From positions 5,172-69,171 of the forward strand of contig JAFGPO010000081.1 in NCBI GenBank assembly GCA_016936155.1: a DNA stretch of 64,000 bases, in the 5' to 3' direction. Shown piece after piece: positions 28,267 through 37,190 of the stretch; within the stretch, counting starts at the first letter, position 1, and every line of letters begins with the position of its first letter. The notes beneath the pieces were generated by a model. That model was given only the letters and a program-made list of their open reading frames with translations. It was not told the DNA's origin and did not search any database. The DNA comes from a candidate division WOR-3 bacterium. Its GTDB lineage: Bacteria > Hydrothermota > Tepidihabitantia > SM23-42. A program made the position numbers and the translations under genes.

Positions 28267-28760
28267 TCCTTACCACCCTTTATGATATCCCCAAGACCTG
28301 TGAATGCTATGATACACCTGGTATATTTTTCCGTTGGCTTGATCACGGGCAATCCCATACCCTGGCGTTTTCTGTTGTCGAATTCGTCGATCTCGTACAA
28401 CCGGCCAAACTGCTCAAGGATCTTGACCTGCTGCTTCAAACCATCGGGGATATACCCTTCTTTGATCGCCAAGTTTTTGATCGCGTTCATCACTTCGGTA
28501 AAGCAGACTCCCTGCGGGCAACGCTCAGTGCATGCGTAACACCCTGAGCAGTACCAGATGAATTCATTGCTCAATACTTCATCTTTCATGCCGAGCAGAA
28601 CCATACGGATGATTTTGCGCGGATTGTATGTATCATCGATCTCTCGGATCGGACAACTCGCCGTACATATGCCGCAGGCGAAGCATTTTTTGATATTCTC
28701 ACCACCTGGTTCCCGAACAACCTCATATTTGAACCGGGGTGACAATTTTCGCGCGCTCAT
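28263..28760 (-). CDS. hdrC: HdrC-like 4Fe-4S dicluster protein
   Basis: 165 aa. CFACGICTASCPI and CSGCYACTERCPQ. ATGA overlap at 28757-28760. Confidence 0.85.
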   Translation of the reverse strand: MSARKLSPRFKYEVVREPGGENIKKCFACGICTASCPIREIDDTYNPRKIIRMVLLGMKDEVLSNEFIWYCSGCYACTERCPQGVCFTEVMNAIKNLAIKEGYIPDGLKQQVKILEQFGRLYEIDEFDNRKRQGMGLPVIKPTEKYTRCIIAFTGLGDIIKGGKE

Positions 28761-29554
28761 CGATTCATGAAAGTTATATGCTTCTCGATCTTCTTCAGCA
28801 GCGTCTGTGTATCGACAGGTTTATCGATGAAGTCGTCGGCCAGGTGATCGATCGCAATATCTACCCCGTAATCAGGCTTCGAAAACTGTTGACCGACCGC
28901 GGTGAGCATTATAATGGGAATTGGCCTTGTCTTGTCGATCTTTCTGAGATCGTAGCACACGGTGAATCCATCCTTACCCGGCATAACAACGTCGAGGATG
29001 ATCAGATCAGGACGTTCATGGAGTGCCTTTGCGATTCCCTCTTCGCCATCCCGCGCCACGACAACATCGTACCTGTTCGCTACCAATATCTGCTTTGTCG
29101 CCTCAGCAAAGTCATAATCATCATCCACGAGAAGGATCTTCGCCTTTGTGCCCTCTTTTTTCGGGCTCGGTTTACTAGTAGAAAGGAAATTATTGATCGT
29201 CGCGACCAACTGTGCTGTTTCAACTGGTTTGTTCAGATAATGATCAGCTCTATGGCCTTTGGCGATCTGTTCGGCATAACTGTCCTCGGAGCTGCCGATC
29301 GCTGTCATCATGATGACCGGCACTGTCGAAAGGTTGGGATCGTCTTTCAATTCGCGGCATACTGAAAACCCGTTGATATCTGGCAACATGACGTCGCACA
29401 ACACGATATCAGGTCTGTCCTGATGCGCTCTTTCAAGCCCTTTTTTGCCGGAATCGGCAGTAATTACATCGAACCCCGCTTTTTCCAGGATCTGTTGATT
29501 CGCGCTCCTGAAATCCTGATCATCATCAATGATCAGTATTCTCGTTTTTTTCAT
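28757..29554 (-). CDS. tandem-receiver response regulator (REC-REC, no output domain)
   Basis: Two receiver repeats: RILIIDDDQDF...DIVLCDVMLPDINGF...PVIMMTAIG, and KILLVDDDYDF...DLIILDVVMPGKDGF...[12 protein letters not shown] at 29554 preceded by GGAG. Confidence 0.85.
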   Translation of the reverse strand: MKKTRILIIDDDQDFRSANQQILEKAGFDVITADSGKKGLERAHQDRPDIVLCDVMLPDINGFSVCRELKDDPNLSTVPVIMMTAIGSSEDSYAEQIAKGHRADHYLNKPVETAQLVATINNFLSTSKPSPKKEGTKAKILLVDDDYDFAEATKQILVANRYDVVVARDGEEGIAKALHERPDLIILDVVMPGKDGFTVCYDLRKIDKTRPIPIIMLTAVGQQFSKPDYGVDIAIDHLADDFIDKPVDTQTLLKKIEKHITFMNR

Positions 29555-30683
29555 CTTTTTCTCCTTGATCTTGAACTTCTTTATCATACTCCGGCAACAC
29601 GACACTGAAGGTACTGCCTTTCTGTTTCTGGCTCTGTATCTCGAGTCGTCCACCGTGGATATCTAAAATTTTCTTAACGATCGCCAAACCCAGGCCAGAT
29701 CCGGCGGCTGCGCCCTCAGTATGGATGCGGTAGAATTCTTTACCCAACTTCTCGATCTCAGAACGGGGTATCCCGATACCGCTGTCCGAAAAATCGAATA
29801 TGTAATATCCATCCTGTTCACGCTCGCGGATCTTCACGGTGCCGCCTGTCCGGTTATATTTGATACCATTAGTAAGCAAATTCATAAAAACCTCTTTTAT
29901 CATATCTCGATCTCCTGTGACCACACAGTCATCGGCGATATGCTCTACAGCGATCGTAATATCTTTGTCTCTTGCTTGGGATTTGATCATATCAATCGCT
30001 TCGTCAACTAAAGGCCTCAACGATACTTTAGAAAATCCTTCTTTTATTTTCAATTCCTCTATCCGTGACAGCCGCAACCAGCGGTCGATGAGCTTCAGCA
30101 GTTCATTGAGTCTTATCTTCATGCGCCCGTAGATCTCGGATTGGCGTTCCGTCACTTCTCCGGGAACACCGCTCAACAGCAATTCGACATACTGCATGAC
30201 CGCCACCATCGGAGTGCGCAGCTCGTGGGACACCAGAGAAATGAAATTCTGGCGCATGTGTTCTTTTTCCTGAATCAGGCGCTGGCACTCGAGATTCTCT
30301 CTTTTTCTCTGCAAAGCCCGACGCGTCAAAATGATCAATTCTTCCTGGCTGAATGGTTTTGGCAGAAAATCAAACGCGCCTTTTTGCATGGACTCGACCG
30401 CGGAATCGATAGTGGCATAACCGGTAATAATAACGACGACCACGTTTTTATCCTGGGCACGTATTTTTTCGAGAACTTCAAGGCCGCTGATACCGGGCAT
30501 TTTAAGATCTACAAAAATAACATCCGGATGGAATGTGGAATAACATTCAAGACCGGCATCACCATCCTGAGCGATCTGTACGTTATGCCCTTCCTGCTTC
30601 AATATCTGTGAACACGCGTCACAGATCACCTCTTCATCGTCGATCACGAGTATTTTTTGTTTTTCCTTTTCCATAAATATCAT
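29526..30683 (-). CDS. hybrid receiver / histidine kinase (REC-HisKA-HATPase)
   Basis: KILVIDDEEV, DLKMPGISG, FDFLPKPF, H-box FISLVSHELRTPM, DSGIGI, GSGLGLAIVKK. The ATG at 30683 forms an ATGA overlap with the small upstream ORF. An ATG at 30674 is also possible. The track start at 30866 looks like an over-extension. Confidence 0.85.
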   Translation of the reverse strand: MIFMEKEKQKILVIDDEEVICDACSQILKQEGHNVQIAQDGDAGLECYSTFHPDVIFVDLKMPGISGLEVLEKIRAQDKNVVVVIITGYATIDSAVESMQKGAFDFLPKPFSQEELIILTRRALQRKRENLECQRLIQEKEHMRQNFISLVSHELRTPMVAVMQYVELLLSGVPGEVTERQSEIYGRMKIRLNELLKLIDRWLRLSRIEELKIKEGFSKVSLRPLVDEAIDMIKSQARDKDITIAVEHIADDCVVTGDRDMIKEVFMNLLTNGIKYNRTGGTVKIREREQDGYYIFDFSDSGIGIPRSEIEKLGKEFYRIHTEGAAAGSGLGLAIVKKILDIHGGRLEIQSQKQKGSTFSVVLPEYDKEVQDQGEKDEKNENTDH

Positions 30684-30895
30684 TCCCGCCTTTTCTTTTC
30701 CGACTTCGTTTTTTCTTTGCTTTGTTTTATGAATTCCAGGTACACGGGGCATTGATGATAATCCATGCTGCAGGGATTGTTTGTGGACGAACCATTGATT
30801 GCGACCATCTTTTTGGTCGGATATACTGAACAGTAGTAGAGCAATACCTGTTTGAGAAAAGGACAAGTTCCAGACATCATGCTAATACTATGCAT
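30680..30895 (-). CDS. small 4-Cys hypothetical protein
   Basis: About 66-71 aa depending on start (ATG at 30895, 30880 or 30877). Sequence: ...MMSGTCPFLKQVLLYYCSVYPTKKMVAINGSSTNNPCSMDYHQCPVYLEF, followed by a Lys/Glu-rich tail. Cys spacing is C-x10-C-x19-C-x6-C. Its stop is coupled (ATGA) to the downstream REC-kinase gene. Confidence 0.5.
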   Translation of the reverse strand: MHSISMMSGTCPFLKQVLLYYCSVYPTKKMVAINGSSTNNPCSMDYHQCPVYLEFIKQSKEKTKSEKKRRE

Positions 30896-31104
30896 AATCT
30901 GTTCCCGGTATAGGGGAAAATAATCATCGATTTTTCGTATGTTTATTATTATAGCTGACGAATCACACACCCATGTGTTCTATTACTAAACACTAATTAT
31001 AATACATCTAAAATATTGGGAACATTATGTATAAATAATAAACAGTCCACAGTATCACCCTCAATGCAGACTAGTATATGTTGTAACCGTTTATGAATAG
31101 TGTG

Positions 31105-32457
31105 TTATGGACGAATGATGCTGTAAAGTTTCATTTTATTATACAGAGTAACTCGGTTAATACCAAGTATCTTGGCTGATCGTTTAATATTGTATTTTGT
31201 GAAACGCAACACTTGCTCAATATGCTGCTTTTCCACGTCTGATAAAGGTAATTGTCCATACTCGACGTTTTTTACCTGAGATTGCGGTCGCAAATATTCA
31301 GGCAGATCACCAATGGCAATTTCTGGTGATTTTGCGATGATCACGGCATGTTCCAATGCATTTTCAAGTTGACGGACATTCCCTGGCCAGGGAAAGTCAA
31401 TAAAAGCTTTCATCGCATCCTCTGATAAACCGCTGATCTGCTTGCCCGTATCAAGCAATACCTGTTCCAGGAGATGAGCCACAAGAAGACGTACATCCCC
31501 TTTGCGCTCGCGTAGCGGTGGTACGTTAATGGTTATTACGTTGAGCCGGTAGTATAGGTCCTCCCGGAAATCGCCTTTCTTTACAAGTAATTCAATATCC
31601 TGGTTCGTGGCGGCAATTATCCGGATATCGACCTGGATCAATGTTTTTCCCCCGATCACACGGAACTCCCTTTCTTGAAGAAACCGCAGTAAATCAATCT
31701 GTGTTTTCGCGCTGATATCACCGATTTCATCAAGAAACAGGGTCCCAGTATCCGCCATCTGGATTCTTCCGACCCTGCTTGTAGTAGCGCCGGTAAAGGC
31801 ACCCTTTTCATACCCGAACAGCTCAGCTTCAAGCAGAGTTTCCGGCATTGCACCGCACGCTGCCGCAATAAAAGGTTTCTCCGCACGCGGACTCAGCGCG
31901 TGGATTGCACGCGCAACGAGCTCTTTACCCGTGCCGCTTTCGCCCGTAATCAGAACCGTCGAACGGGTAGGCGCGACCATCCGGATCATTTCAAAGACCT
32001 TGGCCATTGCTGGACTCTTACCGATGATGTCTTGGAATTGAAATCGTTTTGCCAGGGCTTTTCTCAGACGTACATTTTCCTTGATAAGACGCTGGCGTTC
32101 AAGTATTTTTTCAATGATCATACTGATTTCCACACAATTAAATGGCTTCATCACATAATCCACTGCGCCATGTTTCATCGCCAGCACCGCACTGTCAACT
32201 GTTGCATATGCAGTGATAATCACGATCGGCAACTGAGGTCGCACTTTACAGCTCTTTTTTAGTAATTCCATTCCATCAATACCTGGCATTTTCAGATCAA
32301 CAAGGGCGAGATCGAACTCTTTGTTCTTAATCATCTGGAATCCTTTGTACCCGTCCTCAGCAGTTTCCACGTAATAACCACTTTCCCGAAGCCAATCACC
32401 CAGGGAATGGCGTATCACCTCTTCGTCGTCAACAATCAATATGCGCTCTTTTTCCAT
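31105..32457 (-). CDS. sigma-54-dependent response regulator (NtrC family)
   Basis: MEKERILIVDDEEV, GESGTGKELVARAIH, GAFTGA, FREDLYYRL. HTH NIKRSAKILGINRVTLYNKMK. The ATG at 32457 is preferred over 32493. Confidence 0.9.
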   Translation of the reverse strand: MEKERILIVDDEEVIRHSLGDWLRESGYYVETAEDGYKGFQMIKNKEFDLALVDLKMPGIDGMELLKKSCKVRPQLPIVIITAYATVDSAVLAMKHGAVDYVMKPFNCVEISMIIEKILERQRLIKENVRLRKALAKRFQFQDIIGKSPAMAKVFEMIRMVAPTRSTVLITGESGTGKELVARAIHALSPRAEKPFIAAACGAMPETLLEAELFGYEKGAFTGATTSRVGRIQMADTGTLFLDEIGDISAKTQIDLLRFLQEREFRVIGGKTLIQVDIRIIAATNQDIELLVKKGDFREDLYYRLNVITINVPPLRERKGDVRLLVAHLLEQVLLDTGKQISGLSEDAMKAFIDFPWPGNVRQLENALEHAVIIAKSPEIAIGDLPEYLRPQSQVKNVEYGQLPLSDVEKQHIEQVLRFTKYNIKRSAKILGINRVTLYNKMKLYSIIRP

Positions 32458-32475
32458 GATAGAATTATCCTGTAT

Positions 32476-32503
32476 AGTATATATACATTTCATCCTATGT
32501 CAA
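32476..32503 (-). promoter_or_regulatory. candidate sigma-70 promoter (TTGACA-N16-TATACT)
   Basis: The minus strand reads TTGACA (32503-32498), a 16-nt spacer, then TATACT (32481-32476). It lies about 18 nt upstream of the ATG at 32457. The hexamers are the same as in the promoter at 48163-48190. Confidence 0.4.
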
Positions 32504-32564
32504 TTATTTAAACACTATTTGAGCATATCATGCTATTGTCGTTTGTATTGTTGTTAAGCGTGTT

Positions 32565-33035
32565 TCAGTATTTGATAAAAACCACAGTTCCCGTACAAAC
32601 ACGGTCAAAAAGGTCCACAATATCGTGCCTTCTCATCCGAATACACCCATGAGATGCAGGTTTGCCAATGAGATGTTCCTGTGGAGTTCCATGAATATAA
32701 ATAGCGCGCTTGTATGAATCAATATGTTCACCCTTGTTTATCCCGGTTTCTAAACCTGCAAGACGCAGTATTCGGGTGGTGATAACATCCGATCCATATA
32801 ATGATCCTGACACCGCGATCTTCCCTGTTCTCCTGCATGATCGTAAAATTTCCCCTTTGCGGGCAAATTTACCGATTTTATTTTTGATCACATGCTTACC
32901 AAGCGGTGTCATGTTACTTCCCTGCTTATTCCCCACCCCATACTTAGATGTTGAAACGGGATATTCCTTTACTAATGTATTATTCTCATAAAGGTATAAT
33001 TTCTGTTGAGATATTTTAATAATAATGCGAAACAT
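32565..33035 (-). CDS. L,D-transpeptidase catalytic-domain protein (YkuD family)
   Basis: 156 aa. Active-site block IHGTPQEHLIGKPASHGCIRM. No obvious signal peptide. Confidence 0.8.
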   Translation of the reverse strand: MFRIIIKISQQKLYLYENNTLVKEYPVSTSKYGVGNKQGSNMTPLGKHVIKNKIGKFARKGEILRSCRRTGKIAVSGSLYGSDVITTRILRLAGLETGINKGEHIDSYKRAIYIHGTPQEHLIGKPASHGCIRMRRHDIVDLFDRVCTGTVVFIKY

Positions 33036-33108
33036 GTCTGGATGGATAAAGCAAATAAAAGGCAGCTTGTATAGTTAGTCTTACTGCTTACTGCCTGCGG
33101 CTAAGGGT

Positions 33109-33714
33109 TTAATAACCCCATACCTCGTTCAAATAAACACTTCGGCGGCAGGATGAACACAAGAAGCGCAGATGTTCGCTACGGTAGGGCGGCCTGTCAA
33201 CGCTCTTAGGAATCGCTTCCTCGCCGTATTCCTGGGAAAGCACCAGGAACAAATTCGGATTTGAATAGGCAAGTTCGCCAACCCGTTTTGCGATCCACAG
33301 AAGATGCGCACGAGTCGTAATGACTTCACCGCACCGCTCACAGAGAATCAATTCTTTTTCGATCGCGTTATCATATCCCTCATTTTTGATCTGCGCAAGA
33401 TCGTACTCCTGTGTATGAGCAATCCCCTGTTTCGTAGTGCAGTATGCGACACATTGACCGCAGTAAATACATCGCTCCTGAAAGTGGATCTCACGGCGTA
33501 TCCGTTTTACCTTATCATCAACCTGTGCACGTGCTTTTGCAGGACACACCTCGACACATGCGCCACAGAGAACGCACTTGTCAACGTTGAATTCAATCTT
33601 TCCTCTGAAGGTCGGGGCTGCAGGCGATGGTTTGAACGGGAATTTTGACGTGTAGGGCCCGAGAAATATTGCCTTGATCGCTTCGCCGAGCTCTCTTAAT
33701 TTAGGTTTTCGCAT
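33109..33714 (-). CDS. NuoI/MbhN-like 2x[4Fe-4S] hydrogenase subunit with an extra C-terminal Cys pair region
   Basis: CVLCGACVEVCP and CIYCGQCVAYC, plus C-terminal CERCGEV...CSSCRR. ATG at 33714 preceded by GAGGAG with a 5-nt spacer. Confidence 0.8.
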   Translation of the reverse strand: MRKPKLRELGEAIKAIFLGPYTSKFPFKPSPAAPTFRGKIEFNVDKCVLCGACVEVCPAKARAQVDDKVKRIRREIHFQERCIYCGQCVAYCTTKQGIAHTQEYDLAQIKNEGYDNAIEKELILCERCGEVITTRAHLLWIAKRVGELAYSNPNLFLVLSQEYGEEAIPKSVDRPPYRSEHLRFLCSSCRRSVYLNEVWGY

Positions 33715-33792
33715 GTAGTCTCCTCGTTGATTTGTCCGTGTGTTTTTCACATAGAACGACCTTGCCTGCGCCGCAATTCCGTGTTTCCTGCG

Positions 33793-34152
33793 TCATTTCG
33801 CTTCCTCCTTCTCGATCTGTTCTCCGCCCAGCTTATCTTCGCCGTACTTATCAATGACCGTGCCTTTCCACATCTTCCGTCCGAAATGCAGAGAACCTCT
33901 CATAAGAGCATGGGCAGCAACGGGACTCGTGAAAAGGAGAAACACGCCACAGATCAATGCCTTAATGCCCATTGGAGTGAATCCTTTGAGCAGAAAGATA
34001 CCGACCATGATACCGAAGGTACCCAATGTCACGCACTTCGTCGATGCCTGTAACCGGTTATAGACATCCGGGAAACGGACCAATCCTATCGCCCCCAGTA
34101 TATCGAATGCAATTCCGATCCAGATAATGATCCAACCAATCGGGCTAATCAT
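33793..34152 (-). CDS. Mrp/Mnh antiporter subunit G-like (MbhC-like)
   Basis: MISPIGWIIIWIGIAFDILGAIGLVRFPDVYNRLQASTK is typical of MnhG. ATG at 34152 preceded by AAGGAG with a 5-nt spacer. Confidence 0.85.
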   Translation of the reverse strand: MISPIGWIIIWIGIAFDILGAIGLVRFPDVYNRLQASTKCVTLGTFGIMVGIFLLKGFTPMGIKALICGVFLLFTSPVAAHALMRGSLHFGRKMWKGTVIDKYGEDKLGGEQIEKEEAK

Positions 34153-34402
34153 CGAGGCTCCTTTTTTCAAGGTACTTTGCTAAAGCGAGCGATCCGATGA
34201 AACTGAACAAGGTGAGTGTAATCGAGAGATCCATTAAAAATGCCTGCTCATAGAACAATGCCGTCAGTGCGGTGATCCCGACGAATAAGATACCCATAAT
34301 ATCTACGCCAACAGCACGATCGGCGATCGAAGGCCCCTGATAGATACGGTAAAGACACAAGAACCCGCCAATGGCCAGAATACTAAAGATTACACTACTC
34401 AT
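34145..34402 (-). CDS. Mrp/Mnh antiporter subunit F-like (MbhB-like)
   Basis: 85-aa three-helix hydrophobic protein in the MnhE-F-G order. ATGA overlap at 34399-34402. Confidence 0.75.
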   Translation of the reverse strand: MSSVIFSILAIGGFLCLYRIYQGPSIADRAVGVDIMGILFVGITALTALFYEQAFLMDLSITLTLFSFIGSLALAKYLEKRSLDD

Positions 34403-34884
34403 TCGAAGATCCTCCTTAGGTATTTTTCAAATGGCTGGGCTATAAGCTTGGACGCTTCATCGATATGCGCACTCTGTACCCAGATCCAGTGAATGTAGAG
34501 GTACTCGCCATCGATCTCACAGGTCATGGTTCCCGGCGTAAGGGTGATGGAATTCGCTAAAAAGATCTTCGCAATGTTCGACTTTAAGGTCGTTCTTATC
34601 CTCACAATCCCAGGCTTGATCGGTCTTTGAGGATGGAGGACCCGGTACGCAACATCGACATTCGCCCGGACCATATACCAGATGAATACCGGCACATAGA
34701 TGATAACCCATATGAGCCGATGGATCTGCAGAAAACGTGCGGGTTTATCCGTGAAATACCCGCCAAAGAGGATCGCGCTGATAGCGACGATGATAACACC
34801 GGCGATCAAGTGGTCGAGATGAACGCTCAATGTCAGGAGGATCCAGAAGGCAAATCCAACAATGAAGTAGATGATATATCGCAT
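34399..34884 (-). CDS. Mrp/Mnh antiporter subunit E-like (MbhA-like)
   Basis: 161 aa. Two N-terminal TM helices, then a soluble domain (RPIKPGIVRIRT...ITLTPGT), as in MnhE. GGAGG-type RBS. Confidence 0.75.
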   Translation of the reverse strand: MRYIIYFIVGFAFWILLTLSVHLDHLIAGVIIVAISAILFGGYFTDKPARFLQIHRLIWVIIYVPVFIWYMVRANVDVAYRVLHPQRPIKPGIVRIRTTLKSNIAKIFLANSITLTPGTMTCEIDGEYLYIHWIWVQSAHIDEASKLIAQPFEKYLRRIFE

Positions 34885-34893
34885 CGTTACCTC

Positions 34894-36396
34894 CTAAAAA
34901 GTCAACGGGATCGATCCGAATACCATGCTCGAGTATTCCAATCCCCGGAGAAGTGCTTGTGCTGCTGGTTCAATCAGGTAGGTCTCTATCTGCTGGAAGA
35001 ACAAGCCGACAATTACGAGCAATACAACGAGAAAGACCATCGCGATCCTCATGGTGAATGGTGCAGGTTTCGCTTCTATCTTCCCTTGTTTCATGTATAC
35101 CTTGGTCTCTATTTTGAGTAAATACCCCAGGGTAAGCGCGCTTAAAAGTATCGCAACGATCGCGATCCACAAAAATCCTGCCTGGATCGCCCCGATAATA
35201 ATGAAGAGTTTCGCAAAAAACCCGGCAAGCGGCGGTATACCGGCAAGTGATGAGAACCCGAATCGCCAGCTCCACGCTGTCGTTTGCATACGTTCACCAA
35301 GACCAGCAAGTTTATCCAGATCCCGCGTACCGGTGACATGGACGACCGATCCTGAGGTCAAAAAGAGCAATCCCTTTGCCAGAGCATGGGCAAGAATGAA
35401 AAAAAGTGCACCGGCAATGCCGTAGTAATTACCAACACCGAATCCAAGCATGATATACCCGATCTGCGAAACGCTTGAGAATCCAAGTAACCGCTTGTAG
35501 TCCTTCTGCCGAAGGGCGGTAAGCCCGGCGAACGTTATCGATAATAAACCCAGACCAAGGAGGATATCGAAAAACAACGGATCAGTAGTACGGGTCAATC
35601 CGAACACGTTGAAGACAAGCCGGGCAGTCGTGTAAATACCAAGGACTTTGATAAATGCACTGGAGAGCAAACTGGAGATCGGCGCCGGAGCCGATGGATG
35701 GGCATCCGGCAACCAGGAGTGAAATGGAACAAGCGCTGCCTTGATCGAAAATGCCAGGAGCAACATGCCCAGAATCATCCAGAAAAAAGTAGTTCCACGG
35801 ACCGCTTGAAGCGCCATAGAAATATCCGCAAGATTCAGTGTGCTCGTCTTTGCATAGATCAGGGCGATCGCAAGGAGAAAGGTCAATCCACCGATCTCGC
35901 CCATGACCATATATTTTATACTTGCCTCCAACTCGTCAGGACCGACACCGAAAGCCACAAGGGCATAGGAACTGATCGCTGCGATCTCAAGAAATACGAA
36001 CATGTTAAACAGATCGCCGGTGATGCTGATGCCCATCATACCCGCGGTCATGAGCATGAGCAGCGTGTAGAATTTCCATTCCCCGGTGTAACGCGCAATA
36101 TAGCGCAACGAAAAGAGACTGACCGCGAACATAATAATAGAAATGGTCAGCACCATGAGTGCGGAGAGGCTGTCAAATGCCATCACGATACCAAGGGGTG
36201 GCGCCCAGTTCCCCATTGCATAAACAGCAATCGGAACGCGCTGTGTGAATGCTACGCCATAGAGACCGAGCAAGAAGAGCAGGAACGACACTACCAGGGT
36301 CCATATCCATACGAGTGGTTTGTACAATTTCCCGATTATCGGGATCAGAAAAGCACTGACCAGCGGTATCACAAAATACAGCGGGATGAATGACAT
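34894..36396 (-). CDS. NuoM/MrpD-like proton-translocating antiporter subunit
   Basis: 500-aa polytopic protein. Motifs FHSWLPDAHPSAPAPISSLLS and SSVSQIGYIMLG are typical of the NuoL/M/N-MrpA/D family. Confidence 0.9.
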   Translation of the reverse strand: MSFIPLYFVIPLVSAFLIPIIGKLYKPLVWIWTLVVSFLLFLLGLYGVAFTQRVPIAVYAMGNWAPPLGIVMAFDSLSALMVLTISIIMFAVSLFSLRYIARYTGEWKFYTLLMLMTAGMMGISITGDLFNMFVFLEIAAISSYALVAFGVGPDELEASIKYMVMGEIGGLTFLLAIALIYAKTSTLNLADISMALQAVRGTTFFWMILGMLLLAFSIKAALVPFHSWLPDAHPSAPAPISSLLSSAFIKVLGIYTTARLVFNVFGLTRTTDPLFFDILLGLGLLSITFAGLTALRQKDYKRLLGFSSVSQIGYIMLGFGVGNYYGIAGALFFILAHALAKGLLFLTSGSVVHVTGTRDLDKLAGLGERMQTTAWSWRFGFSSLAGIPPLAGFFAKLFIIIGAIQAGFLWIAIVAILLSALTLGYLLKIETKVYMKQGKIEAKPAPFTMRIAMVFLVVLLVIVGLFFQQIETYLIEPAAQALLRGLEYSSMVFGSIPLTF

Positions 36397-36406
36397 TGCT
36401 GCCTCC

Positions 36407-36745
36407 TTACCCTTTCAATTTCCTTATTTCAGCGATATCGAACGTCTTATAGTGATTGTATATCCTGAGGATCACGGTCAACATGAGAGCGGTCGTACCC
36501 AGAGCAATGACGATAGCGGTCAGAACAAGCGCCTGCGGAATGGGATCGACGAAGTTGTGCACGGTATCGATCCGGGTAATGATCGGAGCAAGAGCACCTT
36601 TTTTAAATCCGATGAGCGCGAAAAAGAGGTTTACCGCGTATTCAATGAGTGCGAACCCGATCGCTATCTTGATAAGATTACGTTTGGTAATGATCGCGTA
36701 TAAACCGATCAGGAATAAAATGATACAGCTCAAGAATATGATCAT
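36407..36745 (-). CDS. NuoK/MnhC-like subunit
   Basis: 112 aa, three TM helices, position after MnhB. GAGGAG-type RBS. Confidence 0.8.
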   Translation of the reverse strand: MIIFLSCIILFLIGLYAIITKRNLIKIAIGFALIEYAVNLFFALIGFKKGALAPIITRIDTVHNFVDPIPQALVLTAIVIALGTTALMLTVILRIYNHYKTFDIAEIRKLKG

Positions 36746-36755
36746 AGCACTCTCC

Positions 36756-37190
36756 TCAATCCTCCGTCACATACTTCATAGCACCCAGCGCCAGGAAAAT
36801 GGAGAATAGCCCCGCTCCTACTTTTATACCGATCGCAATATTGCACAATGGAATGATCCCTGCACTGGCCAGATAGAGAGGAGTTCCTTTAGGCAGAAAA
36901 TTGACAAAGAACGTACCCGCAAGTACCAGCCCGAGCAGTGCGATACCGATAAAAAGCAATCCTCCGAGACTCTCGAATATCGACGCGCTGACCGTGGCTT
37001 TTTTCTCTTGTTTTGGCTTACTGCCGAATGCGAGATAGCGAAGGATAAGCGCACCAGCGATGATAACACCTCCGGCAAAACCGCCGCCTGGTGTCAGATG
37101 ACCGTGAACGATGATGTAAAGACCGTAGATGAAAATAAATCCGATAACGATATTCGTAATACCCTTAACGATTTCGCTCATTCCTTTCAC
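36756..37190 (-). CDS. MnhB-domain subunit (MbhF-like)
   Basis: The GHLTPGGGFAGGVIIAGALIL motif is characteristic of MnhB. GTG start with GGAGG 5 nt upstream and a GTGA overlap. Confidence 0.8.
   Translation of the reverse strand: MKGMSEIVKGITNIVIGFIFIYGLYIIVHGHLTPGGGFAGGVIIAGALILRYLAFGSKPKQEKKATVSASIFESLGGLLFIGIALLGLVLAGTFFVNFLPKGTPLYLASAGIIPLCNIAIGIKVGAGLFSIFLALGAMKYVTED

Noticed and set aside
30684-30866. N-terminal extension of the REC-kinase ORF to 30866.
   Set aside because: It would overlap the small 4-Cys ORF almost entirely. The receiver domain begins right after the ATGs at 30683/30674.
30891-30906. Second possible sigma-54 promoter upstream of the small 4-Cys ORF. The minus strand reads GGGAAC-AGATT-ATGCA, with correct GG-N10-GC spacing.
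   Set aside because: Only 8 of 11 consensus positions match. It also overlaps a candidate start codon (30895) of the ORF it would drive, so the case is too weak without a PWM score or TSS data. It is worth re-checking only if the 18851-18866 site is validated.
33053-33096. Terminator-like element after the last hydrogenase-operon gene. The minus strand reads AGGCAG-25 nt-CTGCCT, followed by TTTTATTT.
   Set aside because: The stem is only 6 bp and the loop is 25 nt, so it is not a convincing intrinsic terminator. The next gene starts 18 nt beyond it.
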